Assembly (NCBI GenBank): GCA_951406725.2
Contig: OX597824.1
Span: forward strand, 86,676,001 to 86,740,000
Origin: Octopus vulgaris
Taxonomy: Eukaryota
Reading direction: 5' to 3'
DNA length: 64,000 bases
The translations under genes were made by a program, and so were the position numbers. Under the pieces are notes generated by a model. The model saw only the letters and a list, made by a program, of their open reading frames with translations, was not told the origin of the DNA and made no database searches. Position 1 is the first letter of the stretch. Each line of letters opens with the position of its first letter. Below are positions 50,655 through 64,000 of this stretch, in pieces.

Positions 50655-51465
50655 CTACATATGTTTTATAGCGAATGGAACCTCACAAGTGGTAAAATCC
50701 AAGTAAGGTACCCTCATTCGCACCTCTTGCCATGGAGTATTTTCATCTGGGACTCTCGATTTGAAAACACCTACATCTACTTTGTGTAGGTCTCTCAGGC
50801 TCTTTGGGAGAATATTAAAAAGCTGTGGGCCCCTGAAACCCAGGCTGTTGCAGTAACTGGTCCTGAAGTGCAAGGCATTGCTGGGATTTTTGGCACTGTG
50901 CAGTGTCGACCCATTCTGGCACTAGTGTAGCTTTCAGTGCCAAATTTTGTCACAATTCCTTCCAGAATCTTCCAGATGTATATTACTCTCCCGCCTTCAC
51001 TCCAGGGAGTAGAGTCTTAGCTCTTTCAGCCTTTCCCAGTAACTAAGCTGTTGCAATGAGGCGATCTTCTTTGTGAAGCTTTGCTGGATTGCTTCAAGGT
51101 CCGCTGTTAATTTTACACTGTTGGGTGACCTTAACTGGGAACAGTAGTCCAGACGGCTGAGGATGAATGTCCACCAGAGGACCATCATGGTTTGCTTCTC
51201 TCTGGTCCTGAATGTTCTCAGGATCCATCCAGTCAACCATCTGCACTTTGTGGCCATCCTGGTAATGTGCACTTGGAAAGAGGTATCACCACTCATATCA
51301 ATACCCTGGTCTCTCACTGATTTAGGCTCTGGGATTGTAATCCCCTGTGGACCAGTGTACCCTGTAAGTTTTATATTCAGTTTTGGACACTGGTAGCACA
51401 GGGATTGGAATTTTTCAGCATTAAACAACATATTATTGTCCTCGGCCCATCTGTAAATGGTCCTA
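50655..51465 (-). mobile_element. CR1/L2-group LINE reverse-transcriptase 3' fragment (decayed)
   Basis: WAEDNNMLFNAEK...RLDYCSQ...LSYWERLKELRLYSLE...GPQLFNILP. Confidence 0.85.
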
Positions 51466-51909
51466 CTCCTGCTGCAGGTGTTCAACATTGCTGGAGTTCT
51501 TTATTTTCTGCGAGAATTTCGTATCATTTGCATATTGCCAGCCTCATCTGGCCCCATGCTGGTGGCAGGTAAAAAGCACCATCCGATCGTGGCCATTTGC
51601 CAGCCTCGTCTGGCACCTGTGCAGGTGGCACGTAAAAAGCACCCACTACACTCATGGAGTGGTTGGCGTTAGGAAGGGCATCTACCTGTAGAAACACTGC
51701 CAGATCAGACTGGGCCTGGCGCAGCCTTCTGGCTTCCCAGACCCCAGTTGAACCGTCCAACCCATGCTAGCATGGAAAACGGACGTTAAACGATGATGAT
51801 GACATATATATAAATTATTATTAATTAAAACAAGTGAGGAATGGAAGATATGAAGTCAAAAATGCACAGAAAATATATGAGAATTAATTAGAATTTAATT
51901 ACAAAGCTC

Positions 51910-52290
51910 TCAATTCTGCATCAGTATTGAATGAAACTCAGCACATAGCATTTGAAAGAGATCAAAAGAGGTGGAAATCCATTGGTGCCAAATCAGGAGA
52001 GTACGGCGGGTGTGGCAGCACTTCCCAGCCATGCATTTGAATGGCTTCCTTGGTCGTTCCAGCTGTTGAACACAGAGTTCCATGTTGACCATTTGGTTCC
52101 ATTCAAACAATTTGTAATAAATAATCCCTTCCCAGTCCCACCATACGCACAACATCGTTTTACATGGATGAAGATCTTGTTTCACGCATGGTGTCACTTG
52201 TTTACCGGGGCTAAGCCATTCCTTACACTGCTTCATATTGATGTACAGGCACCATTTTTCATTGCCAGTAACAATTTGGTAAAGAAATCA
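51910..52290 (-). mobile_element. Decayed mariner transposase fragment
   Basis: LHPCKTMLCVWWDWEGIIYY motif, frameshifted. Confidence 0.75.
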
Positions 52291-54517
52291 TTGCTTGTGT
52301 CCATGAGTTGGTTTTGTTAAACGAAGTTAAGGCAAAAATAACCTTCTTGAGAAACCAAATAGTCTTTCCTTCCTTCATGCCAAGTTTGAAGAAAATATCT
52401 CTTTTGCATCTTACTTTTTTGGTCTCTTAAATATACTGCATTTTGTGGCATTATTTGAAGCTTTCTTTCCAGAGTATAAGTGAATAAATCTTGTATATCT
52501 TTTAGTGTTGCCAGTGTTAACATGTTTAAGAATATGGCCTTGTGCCTAGAGTAGAACTCTAAACACAAGGCCTGAAATTTGCGGGAAGAGGGCCAATCGA
52601 TTAGATCGACCCAGTACGCAACTGGTACTTAATTTATCGACCCTGAAAGGATGAAAGTCAAAGTTGACCTAGGCAGAATTTGAACTCAGAACGTAAAGAC
52701 AGACGAAGTACCGCTAAGCATTTCGCCCAGCGTGCTAACGTTTCTACCAGCTCGTTGCCTTTGAGAGAAAGTTGTGGCGAAAGAGTCAGCAGAAGTTCGC
52801 CATTACTTTCTGCCAGAGCCACGTGGAGCTTAGGTGTTTCGCTCATAAACACACACATCACCCGGTCTGAGATTCGAACCCGCGGTCCCTCGACTGCGAG
52901 TCCACTGCTCTAACCACTAGGCCATGTGCCTCCACAACATGTTTAAGAATATGTATTCTACAATCTCACAGGCCATACAGGTGAGAATGATAAGTGTAGG
53001 TGTAGAAGAAACTTGTTGTCATGTTACCTTTTCTCAGGACAGAACTTCCAAGTGTTCTAATATGTTATTAATGCAATTTTAATTTGACATTTTTGTTTCA
53101 AGAACCTGCAAGCAATGAAATCTCAGACATACACCTACTAAGAAGAAATATTGTTGTTAGGCTTTTTCATTCTAATATTCATGAAATAGCCTTCATTAAT
53201 ATCTGAATGAAAATTCTAATATTCTAAAGCACTCTAAAATAGATTTCTTTATTGGCCATGCAGAGCTGAACACAGAAGGGACAAAATGCAAAGTAGAGCT
53301 TTTCTTTTTGGGAAGAAGGAAAATAAAAGGGGAGGGGGCGACTTTTGATCAAAAGACAACATGAAAAAAAAAAAGATAGCAAGCAGGTAGAATCATTAGT
53401 GCACCACACAAACTGCTCAGTGGAATTTCTTCTGTCTTTACATTCTGTGTTCAAATGCTCCCAGAGTCAAATTTGCCTTTCTTCCAGGGTAGGTAAAATA
53501 AATACCAGACGAGCAGCGGGGTCGATGTAATCAGCTGACCCTTTCTCCTGAAATTACTGGTCTTATGTCAAAATTTGAAATCAATACTTTGAAGCATTCT
53601 TGTAGTTGTAAAAACAAAAAGGAAATTAATGGCTTAACAAATAGCCATATTTCCCAGTGTTCTTTACTTTTAATTATATATACATCTACATACTATTATC
53701 TATTTCTAATTAAGGTGGTGAGCTGGCAAAATCGTTAGCATGCTGGGCAAAATGCTTAGTAGTATTTCATCTGCCTTTACATTTTGAGTTCAAATTCTGC
53801 CAAGGTCGACTTTGCCTTTCATGCTTTTGGGGTCAATAAATTAAATACCAGTAAATTAAGTAAATTAAGTACCGGTTGGGGTCAACAAATTAAGTACCAG
53901 TCTAATCGACTGGCCCCTCCCCAAAAATTTCGGGCCTTGTGCCTAGAGTAGAAAAGATTATCTATTTCTGATTTCATCTGAGTCTTAGTTCCTCCCTTAC
54001 AGTTGTCTTGTACCTCAGGCAGCAAGACATCTCCAGTCATTCCAATTTTTACCATAGTTACTAAGTTTCTTCAGATCATCTTTGAAGGCAGCATACACTT
54101 CTAGGTTCACCCTCTTTTTCTTCGTCTTTTTCTTAGTAACCCTTTGCATAGCTGTCTTCAGCTGTCCATTGTATCACTGTCCTGCAAAGACGGCAGCTAG
54201 AAAACATAACCTGCGAATCTCATTCTTATTTCAGCCACAATCTCCTGCTGGCTGTGCAGATTCTGCAAACTCTTCAGAGGTTGTGATTCTGTCTCTGTTG
54301 GTGATCTTCAGTATTCTGCATGGACACCATTAGTGGAATATATTCAAACTCTGTGTGGTCTTGGCAGTCATTTGCCCAAGTTTCTCCTGCATAAAACTAC
54401 GGTTGGCAAGACAATGCTGCCAGGTTCTTCATTTGGTTACTTATCAAAGTGATGGCTCAGATCTGGTTCATTCCTCTGAACACTGTTCCTGCGCTCCTAA
54501 TTCTGCAATTGACATCT

Positions 54518-55167
54518 AATTCTTTACTACCCACAAGGGGCTAAACACAGAGGGGACGAACAAGGACAGACACACGGATTAAGACGATTATATCTACTTC
54601 TTTACTACCCACAAGGGGCTAAACACAGAGGGGACGAACAAGGACAGACACACGGATTAAGACGATTATATCTATTTCTTTACTACCCACAAGGGGCTAA
54701 ACACAGAGGGGACGAACAAGGACAGACACATGGATTAAGACAATTATATCTATTTCTTTACTACCCACAAGAGGCTAAACACTGAGAGGACAAACAAGGA
54801 CAGACACACGGATTAAGTCGATTATATCGACCCCAATGCATAACTGGTACTTATTTAATCGACCCCAAGAGGATGAAAGGCAAAGTCAACCTCAGCGGAA
54901 TTTGAACTCAGAACGTAGTGGCAGACGAAATACCTATTTCTTTTCTACCCACAAGGGGCTAAACACAGAGAGGACAAACAAGGACAGACACATGGATTAA
55001 GTCGATTATATCGACCCCAATGCATAACTGGTACTTATTTAATCGACCCCCGAAAGGATGAAGGGCAAAGTCGACCTCGGTGTAATTTGAAATCAGAACC
55101 TAGCGGCAGACAAAATATCACTAAGCATTTCACCCGGTACGATAACGGTTCTGCCATGACGATGCCT
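54518..55167 (-). mobile_element. SINE family B multimer (78-bp tail repeats) with 14-bp TSD, inserted in a LINE remnant
   Basis: TGCAATTGACATCT at 54504-54517 and 55168-55181; 78-bp units start at 54521, 54599, 54677 and 54755. Confidence 0.85.
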
Positions 55168-55425
55168 TGCAATTGACATCTGCCTCAGTATCCCCTTCTC
55201 TAGCAATAAAGCTACCTTGGTAGGCAAAATTGACGATGTTTTCAACAGGGCCTTGATTCAAAAGAATCTGCGTCTCTCCTTACTCTCTGGCTTGCACCAT
55301 CATGGATTTCTCATTTTAAGATTGAAAATATTAACTGCTTCCAACAAATGTTGACAACTGGGGTAATTTCTTTTCTGTTGTTGAAGAATTCTGTTTTACA
55401 TTCATACACTACATAAAAATAAATA

Positions 55426-55937
55426 CCGTAAATCCTCAAGTTTAGTTCGCCCTTGAGTATAACACGCAGGGGATTTTTAGGGGGCTGTACCTCTGAAAAA
55501 CCTCAACCTTGTGTATAGTACACACCCCTTCTCTAACTTTAGTCAAGGAGGCCTATAAAACATTCTGGGTTTGTAAAAATGTATACGGTAACATCCTTTA
55601 TTATTATTGTATATATAGCATAATGCTAACGTGTAGCTTTTTTGTGCATTTTGTTTGCAGAAAATAAAGAAATAACAGTAATAACGTTTAATAAATGTTG
55701 CTTACTGCAAGTTATGGATGATTCTTTTATGACTTCATTGCTTTCAGGCTTAGCTTAAGGTATTTTCGTGCCCAACATCACAAAATGGGTCTGAATAAAC
55801 ATTGCCGGACAGCAAATAGGGACTCGGACATTGCTTAGAAAATATTTTTCCTTTTTAACCTCGTATATAATACGCACTAGGGATTTTGACCATTAAATTT
55901 TGGGAATAAAGTGCAGATTATACTCAAGGATTTACGG
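55426..55937. mobile_element. pogo/Tc1-mariner-type non-autonomous element
   Basis: TIRs CCGTAAATCCTC.AG / CTCAAGGATTTACGG with TA TSD. Confidence 0.75.
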
Positions 55938-56461
55938 TATCTAACTTAATCAAGAGAATTTATTATTAATTCAAATAAAAACATTTATTGCATATGTTTT
56001 CATTTATTCATATTGTGTTTGAGGAATTACCAAAGGTTTTCTATTCACATGGCATTTTGTCTGAGAACAAAAATAATGCTTAAAAATACTTCATGTTTAC
56101 TATAGATCAGTGAAAATTATCACAGCAATGCTGACAAAAATATTTGATTAAAATCACATTTTTTTCATTTTTTTATGTGACCAGTGACAAGAGATAAAGC
56201 TTTGCTATTTTAAATTATCAACCTTATCATTAAAGAATACAAAGCCTGCTTATATCAGGCCCTTTGAGTTGCAATGGTTAAGTGTATGTGGAGCAAGAAA
56301 GTGTCTAAGAGCAAAACTCTTGGAGTTTATATGCTAATAATTCCATTGCATTTTGTTGTAGATAAGTGACTGATCTTTTCCTTGGCTCCATTTATCTTTT
56401 GGCAGAACACAGGAACAAAAGATGTAGAAGTAAAGAAACATATCTGGCCATCTTTGTTTCA

Positions 56462-57094
56462 AAGATGGCAAGCTGGCAGAAAAGTTAGCATGCCGGGTGA
56501 AATGCTTAGCGGTATTTTGTCTGCCGTTACGTTCTGAGTTCAAATTCCACCAAGGTCGACTTTGCCTTTCATCCTTTCGGGGTCGATTAAATAAGTACTA
56601 GTTACGCACTGGGATCAATATAATCGACTTAATCCCTTTGTCTGACCTTATTTGTCCCTTCTGTGTTTAGCCCCTTGTGGGTAGTAAAGAAATAGGTATT
56701 TCGTCTGCCGCTACGTTCTGAGTTCAAATTCTGCCGAGGTCGACTTTGCCTTTCATCCTTTTGGGGTCAATAAAATAAGTACCTGTTGAGCACTGAGGTC
56801 AATGTAATCGACTTAATTCCTTTGTCTATCCTTGTTTGTCCCCTCTATGTCTAGCCCCTTGTTGGCAATAAAGAAATAAGAAACATTAGCACGCCAGGTG
56901 AAATGCTTAGCAGTATTTCGTCTGCCGCTACGTTCTGAGTTCAAATTCTGCCGACGTCAACTTTGTCTTTCATCCTTGCGGGGTCGATAAATTAAGTACC
57001 AGTTACACACTGGGGTTGATGTAATTGACTTAATTCCTTTGTCTGTCCTTGTTTGTCCCCTCTATGTTTAACCCTTGGTGCGAAATAAAGAAAT
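56462..57094 (+). mobile_element. SINE family B, head-to-tail trimer
   Basis: Head GGCGAGCTGGCAGAA...GAGTTCAAATTCC (B box), tail CCCCTTGTGGGTAGTAAAGAAATA; flanked by 16-bp direct repeat AAGAAACATATCTGGC. Other copies near 11580-12148(-), 23303-23680(+), 27180-27412(-), 29097-29310(+), 52570-52762(-), 53712-53960(+). Confidence 0.88.
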
Positions 57095-58549
57095 AAGAAA
57101 CATATCTGGCTGTAACTCATATAACTTACTCATGACAGTGTAGCAGAATGGTTTGACAAAAGCATAATTGACAAACTATTCCCTCTCTCCCTTTTATTCA
57201 GTTATTGCTTGGACGTTGTAGTGAGTGCGCGATTTGAATATAGAGGCACCTACCTTCTCTTCGTAGTGACGGAGACCCTCCGGTGATGACTAGTCCTTCC
57301 TCACAGCTCCGACCCGAACACTAACGATAGCAGCTGCTAGCCCAAGCCCTTAGCGACGTCCTCACACGTCTTGTCACCTGCCCGACCCACGTTGGAAAGG
57401 GCAATTTCCGCTCCCTGTGCACGCCAGACAGCTGACCCCTTCCACTTGCCCCAGCTTCCGGTCAACGCACGCCGCTGCTGACATCATCCCACAGACGCAG
57501 CAGTGAACACTTAGCTATAAAGACCATGTTTGAACCATTTGCTCTGTTTAGTTAGTTTTTAGGCACAATTTGTCCCCTAAACAATTATGCCAAATTACCT
57601 GGTCAACCAATTAGATGTGCTCAAATGGATCAAGTGTTCTCTTGTCGGAAAAACATTGCACATCTCTGTGGAGCCTAGAAATTTCCTTAAATGGATCAGT
57701 TTTTCTCTGCTTTGGGATTCTAGTTTGCTTATGCCACAGGAAGCTATTGCTCACTTTCTCCATGCTACGGCACAATGAAATTCATCATCACCAATATCAC
57801 TGTTACTAGCTCTTACCTGAATCTAACTCTTACTAAATCTAACATTATAATTCATCTTTGCATGTTAACTCACTAAGTAAATATGACTTTTAGCGGTCCC
57901 ACAGCAATCTTCATTTACCTTATACGATGTTTCATGTCATTTCACATTCATGTTGAATTATGCAACAATGTCATGTTCTCTTCATAGAACACTTGTAGTG
58001 TATTACCAGTTCTTTTCGAACAGTAGATTTTTGCTATTCTTATTTTTTGTTACGAGAGAGGGATGAACTCCCTTTGCAAATACCATAAGGACACAGAAAG
58101 TGTGCCTAAAGCCAGCTGGAGACGATGTTCTCCTGGGGCTAAAAGCTACAGTAACACCCACCCTTAGTGGTTAGCCATATTGAGATGGCTAGTATACCTT
58201 ACGTTATATTTATTGTTTCCTCACAGACAAGTATATTCTAACAAGTCACTTCTTAAATTTTGCCCCTCTCTTGTTCAATAAACACTGAGTTAAACTCACA
58301 AAGCGGTTTATTTTCTCCTTTTGAGTTTTAATGCTTATTTTACTGGGTTATCAAACTATCAGTTTGGTCTCCCTGCTAAAACTGCTTTAATCTTCAGAAC
58401 ACATACACGCATCATGGCACCATTCAAGTTTTCTTCCTTGTAGCTCTAGGCACAGTGTATTGCATTGAGATGGGAGAAGACTTGTAACAGGATGAAGGTC
58501 TCTGGAACACTCGAGGGGTGTTGGTCTTATCCTGTTACATTCAATTAAC

Positions 58550-58912
58550 AACACTGAACACATTTTTGATCTCCATGTGTCCAACACACGTGGACATGCC
58601 TACAAAGTCAGAAAACAGCACAGCTCCCATGACTTTCGGAAACATTTTTTCACGCTCAGGGTTGCTGAAGCATGGAACAAACTGCCTGCGTCAGTTCTTG
58701 ACTGCCATGACACTGCATCCTTTAAGGCCCTCATGTTTTCCGAAACCACACCTGATTGTCCCCCTTCCATACTCATACACATATGTGTATGTCATGACTC
58801 ATGCACTGTTCTTTTCCTGACGCTTGTACATTACCCTATGTACTATACATACACTTTAGATGAGTTGTAGTGCACCTGAGCACTGTACACAATGTTTTAT
58901 TATTATTATTAT
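58550..58912 (+). mobile_element. CR1-like LINE 3' terminus with (TTA)n tail
   Basis: TRGHAYKVRKQHSSHDFRKHFFTLRVAEAWNKLP...FK is the CR1 ORF2 C-terminal motif. Confidence 0.82.
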
Positions 58913-60167
58913 TGAAAGGAAAACCAAAACTTCAACTATCTTCAACAGCAATAAATAATATTTTATTTTGGTCTGGATTCACAAATAAAAATATATATAC
59001 ATATATTTTTCTTCAGGGCGAACCGGTAGCCAAGGCCATGAAACTATTCACAATAGTTAACTTGTGTGAGCCAAAATGCTGTCTCCGTTCCCACATAGAA
59101 GGGGGCTTCTCTACATGTTGGGTTTCCTTTGAGAGAAGGTTGGGTCGTATCCACTCGATTCGGCTGCAGCTTCGAAAAGACAGATCTAGCGGGAAAACTT
59201 TCTGTTGGCAGTTCTCTGCACATGAGGGAACTTCTGGCAGCCTACCAGAAGTAATCCAACTCTGCGCATGCGTGCTGAAAACTTCCAAAATAGCGTCACT
59301 ACAGACTAATACAGTGACATTATGCGTCTACAGCATGCTAAAGGTTAACAATAGTGAGTTCAAATTGTTTGCCCCATTGGAGCTATTAATCCTTTGAATG
59401 CAGTAAGTGGATATATCGGCTCAAAATTTTTATTACCATTCACCCTTTAGTGTTTAAACCAGCTGTGTCTGGCCCAAATATTCTATACATTTTATGCTCA
59501 AACTGGCCAGAACCAGCATCTCACACCTACCCTGCAATGTCATTCTTAAAATAAGCAATTACATCTTTCCTATCTGGAAGCTACAAAATAATATCAGATA
59601 ATTTTTTTTAAATGTGAATAAATAAGGATTACTTTTGACAAATTAATATGAATGCTAAAGGGTTAATTGCAGAAAAGGATTTTACCCCACTGCTTTGACA
59701 AAAACATCTCTAATGCTGTCAAATGCAACTCATCCCAACCAGGGACACTTTTAGCAAATAAGAACTTCTCAGACTTTCTTAAATTTTTCATGTTTCATCA
59801 AATAATCCTTTAATGTGCAAGAATCAAATACTTTTAGTGGTGGATGTGAAAACTATACCTACAGGCAGGGCTAATTTTAAACCAATCAGACAGATTTGTT
59901 CAAATTGGGCCCCTTGCCAAGAGAGGGCCCTGTGCACACACTTGAGCAGAGGATGCTATGATGAATTTTTTAATATCTCCAGCTGGGCATCACCTTGAAG
60001 GGTTTAGCAGAACAAATCAATCCAGGTGCATATATTTTTTTTTAAAGCCAGGTATATATTCTATCAGTTTCCTTTACTGAACTGCTAAGTTATAGAAATA
60101 CAAACACACCAACACAAGTTGGGAGGGGACAAACATAGGCATAAAGACACACACACATAGGCACAAA

Positions 60168-60223
<56 letters not shown>

Positions 60224-62471
60224 GTTTTTAAGTGCCACCTGCACAGGAGCCAGTCCAGCGGCACTGGCAACGACTTTGCTCGAATGTTTTTCACGTGCCA
60301 CTTGCACAAGTTCCAGTGAGGCGACGCTGGTAATAATCACACTCGAATGGTGCTTTTGATGTGCCACCGGCATGGAAGCCAGACAGCCGCTCTGGCAACG
60401 ATCACGCTCGGATGGTGCTCTTAGCGCTCCACTAGCCCGGATGCCAGTCATCGAATTTGATTTTGATTTCATTTGCCTTAACATCATCATCATCGTTTAG
60501 CATCCGCTTTCCATGCTGGCATGGGTTGGACGGTTCAACTGGGGTCTGGGAAGCCAGAAGGCTGCACCAGGCCCAGTCTGATCTGGCAATGTTTCTATGG
60601 CTGGATGCCCTTCCTAACGCCAACCACTCCATGAGTGTAGTGGGTGCTTTTTACATGCAACTGGCACAGGTGCCAGACGAGGCTGGCAAACGGCCATGAT
60701 TGGATGGTGCTTTTTACGTGCCACCGGCACGGAGGCCAGTCGGGGCGGCGCTGGCAACGGCCACGTTCGGATGGTTCTCTTATGTGCCACCGGCACTGGT
60801 ATCACAGCTACAATTTGCCATTGATAGGTCTTCAAAATAATTAATAAAAATTAGATAAATAAAAATTATTTTGGAGTTCAATTATTACACCCTCCTCCAC
60901 ATCCCCACAATCACCACACTCCACTCATTAAATCAGTGTTATCAATAGTGACATCATCACTAAATTATCACACGTGTTTTCCTCTGACTCACCTCCAGGA
61001 ATTTTTATAAATATTTTGTATATAATTACATGTGCGTTTGTTTATTTACATTCATTCTACAGGAAGTTTTGGAGAGAGACAAACAATAACATTTTGGAAA
61101 TAATACATCTGTAAGTGTTTACCTCTTTAACAAAATATGTTTCAAAAAAATCCACATGTAAAGTCAACATTTTGTATATTTTGCATTAGTGTTTGATATT
61201 TCTCAGTCAAAAGATCAAAACGAAATAATTTCCAAGTAAACAATAATCTCAACAATCGTTTTAATGGATATTTCATTAGTTAATTCATATGCATTTTTAT
61301 AGTCATTCTGTGGTGAATTCATAAGATTTTTGTGACTAAAATAAGCATTCCTTCAGTCAACATGGCATTTTATGGTCAGTCCATACTCTTTAAATCTTTT
61401 ACTTGTTTCAGTCATTTGACTGTGGCCATGCTGGAGCACCACCTTTAGTCAAGCAAATCGACCCCAGGACTTATTCTTTGAAAGCCCAGTACTTATTCTA
61501 TCGGTCTCTTTTGCTGAACCGCTAAGTTACGGTGACGTGAACAAACAATTACTCTTTTACTTGTTTCAGTCATTTGACTGCGGCCATGCTGGAGCACCAC
61601 CTTTAGTCGAGCAAATCGACCCCAGGACTTATTCTTTGAAAGTCTAGTACTTATTCTATCGGTTACTTTTGCCGAACCGCTAAGTTACGGTGACGTGAAC
61701 AAACAATTACTCTTTTACTTGTTTCAGTCATTTGACTGTGGCCATGCTGGAGCACCACCTTTAGTCGAGCAAATCGACCGCAGGACTTATTCTTTGTAAG
61801 CCTAGTACTTTATTCTGTGTTTACGTCCCTATAACTTAGCGGTTCGGCAAAAGAGACTGAAGGAATAAGTACTAGGCTTACAAAGAATAAGTACTAGGGG
61901 TCGATTTGCTCGACTAAAGGCGGTGCTCCAGCATGGCCACAGTCAAATGACTGAAACAAGTAAATGGGTAAAAGAGTAACTTAACCCTCTTGGACCTGGG
62001 CCCCTATGTCTAACTTTACCCCCACACCTGGGCTACTGAGGAAACAATATATAAACACCATAGGAAGCTCAGGTGCAACAATTTCAGGCAAACTAATTTC
62101 AGACAGAATTAGCAGCATCTTCCTTTTCTACATATATTTTTTTTATTACTTTTCGTTTTGGGATTTGGTTTGCAAGATTCTTTATATGAGTTTGTGTGTT
62201 GAAGCATATTCTGTTGTGTCTGGGGAGAGTCATTTTCTTTTTGTGGCTTATAATGTAACGCACTCACCTGTAAAATTTCCACTTATTTCTTATTTTTATT
62301 TTCCTAAAATTTTCGTTGCGTCTTGCAACCTTTTCAATAGTCTTGACTCTTTTTTTATTACTGCTTTACCAGGAATCCAGCAGAGATTTGCACTTTTATT
62401 AACCCTGTTGTGCTGTATTCCCATTAGAGTGGCAATACAGCAAAGTAATTTTGCTCCTCAGTAAAAGTAAT

Positions 62472-62505
<34 letters not shown>

Positions 62506-63029
62506 GCCATCCAAGAATTTGGACCTGGAGATCTCCATTTCCAGCGACTTCGAGGGCCACCTCCCAGTGGTGTCGGGTGTCAACGAAGAGCCCTCGACTA
62601 CAACAAGACGACCAAATTTTTTTTTTTCCATAAATAAAAAAAATGGTTGAGAACCCCGGCTTTGGATGTCTGTATTGGTATATACTACAAGAAACAGCCA
62701 GGTTTTTTTCTCTAACATTTTACATAGGAATTTTGAAAGAAGTTTCTATAAAAAATAGGTTTTAAACAACAAATGCAAGGGTGGGAGTGGGGGCGTTCTA
62801 CTAGAATAAAATAGTAATCGAAAGGGTCTATGGTTGAGAACCCCGCGACTATAGGTACAATTCATCGGACAGATTTTTCAATCAGTTTTTATCAACATTA
62901 TGTCTCCCCCCACAAGGCTTAGATTTACCCAAGGTTATAAAAGGAATATTTTCTGAAGATGTTATGTGATGGATTGAACCCAGGATCTTGTGAGTGCAAA
63001 GCAAGCTTCTTAACCGAGTGCCCGAGCTG

Positions 63030-63330
63030 TGTCTACACATACATTACACATGTATAAATATACACATGTTTGCGTGCAGATACAGACACTCAGACACGCC
63101 TACATTTATAAGTACAAACACACAGATACATTTATACATGCACTCACACTATTGTACATAAATAAATACATAGATACACATATATACGTACATACTTACA
63201 TATATACAAACATACATACATACACACACACAAACATACATACACACATACATACATACATACAAACATACACACGCACACACATACATACACACACACA
63301 TACATATATACACACATACGTACATACGTA
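63030..63330. repeat. Degenerate CA/CATA microsatellite
   Basis: Directly visible. Confidence 0.85.
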
Positions 63331-64000
63331 GAATTCATGAACAATAGAAACTTTTTCCAATCTATGGGGAAGTTCATCTTATCTTTTAAATATTTTAATG
63401 TCAGTGTCATTGCCTACAGCTTTATCTCTTATCAGCTTTTGTCTGCAGAACATAATTATACGTGTGTGTGTGTGTGTGTGTGTGTTTTGATCCACCAGAA
63501 GCAATAAAGGACTCAATACAAGTGCAGAGTATCCGTTAATACATTATAACTGAAAGGCTCCGATTTCCAATACTCAGAGTTACTCATTTCCAATCATTAG
63601 CTACTCTTTTACTCGTTTACCTATTTACTTGTTTCAGTCATTTGACTGTGGTCATGCTGGAGCACCGCTTTTAGTCGAGCAAATCGAGCAAATCGACCCC
63701 AGGACTTATTCTTTGTGTTTACATCCCCGTAACTTAGCGGTTCAGCAAAAGAGACCGATAGAATAAGTACTAGGCTTTCAAAGAATAAGTCCTGGGGTCG
63801 ATTTGCTCGACTAAAACAGGTGGTGCTCCAGCATGGCCACAGTCAAATGACTGAAACAAGTAAAAGAGTAATTTTCTATATGACGGAGCGTTTGTTTATT
63901 GGGCAAGAAAAAAAAAGTGACTACCCTGAAATATAACAATATTTGTTGCAACACACAGTTTCACATCAAGAATCTTGCAGAACAAATTCATAAATATTGG

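Noticed and set aside
52967-52986. Possible 9-nt micro-exon (CACAG|GCCATACAG|GTGAGA)
   Set aside because: No host gene identified; such motifs arise by chance.

Overview
AT-rich, repeat-dense animal genomic DNA. The SINE, MITE and microsatellite landscape points to a coleoid cephalopod, most likely Octopus; this is an inference, not a database match. Two intron-containing genes sit head-to-head with start codons about 2.26 kb apart. (1) Minus strand: a gene for a secreted protein with a signal peptide, a TPR-like motif and an alpha/beta-hydrolase (S9-peptidase/esterase-like) domain. Seven coding exons run from 16952 down to 2604 and the gene continues past the left edge. One intron is GC-AG and is almost entirely filled by a 3.7-kb 26-bp minisatellite. 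(2) Plus strand: a complete 9-exon NAA40 (NatD histone N-terminal acetyltransferase), 19217-39290, 230 aa. The rest is mobile DNA: at least four SINE-like families, hAT, mariner, pogo, piggyBac and MULE MITEs with visible target-site duplications (TSDs), Helentron-type elements, CR1/RTE/Penelope fragments and TE-born minisatellites. The most unusual signals are SINE multimers that share a fixed head-to-tail junction inside a single TSD, a tRNA-headed element carrying a minimal hammerhead-ribozyme motif, and recurrent tails-outward fold-back insertions. Nearly all ORFs in the supplied track are spurious repeat translations.
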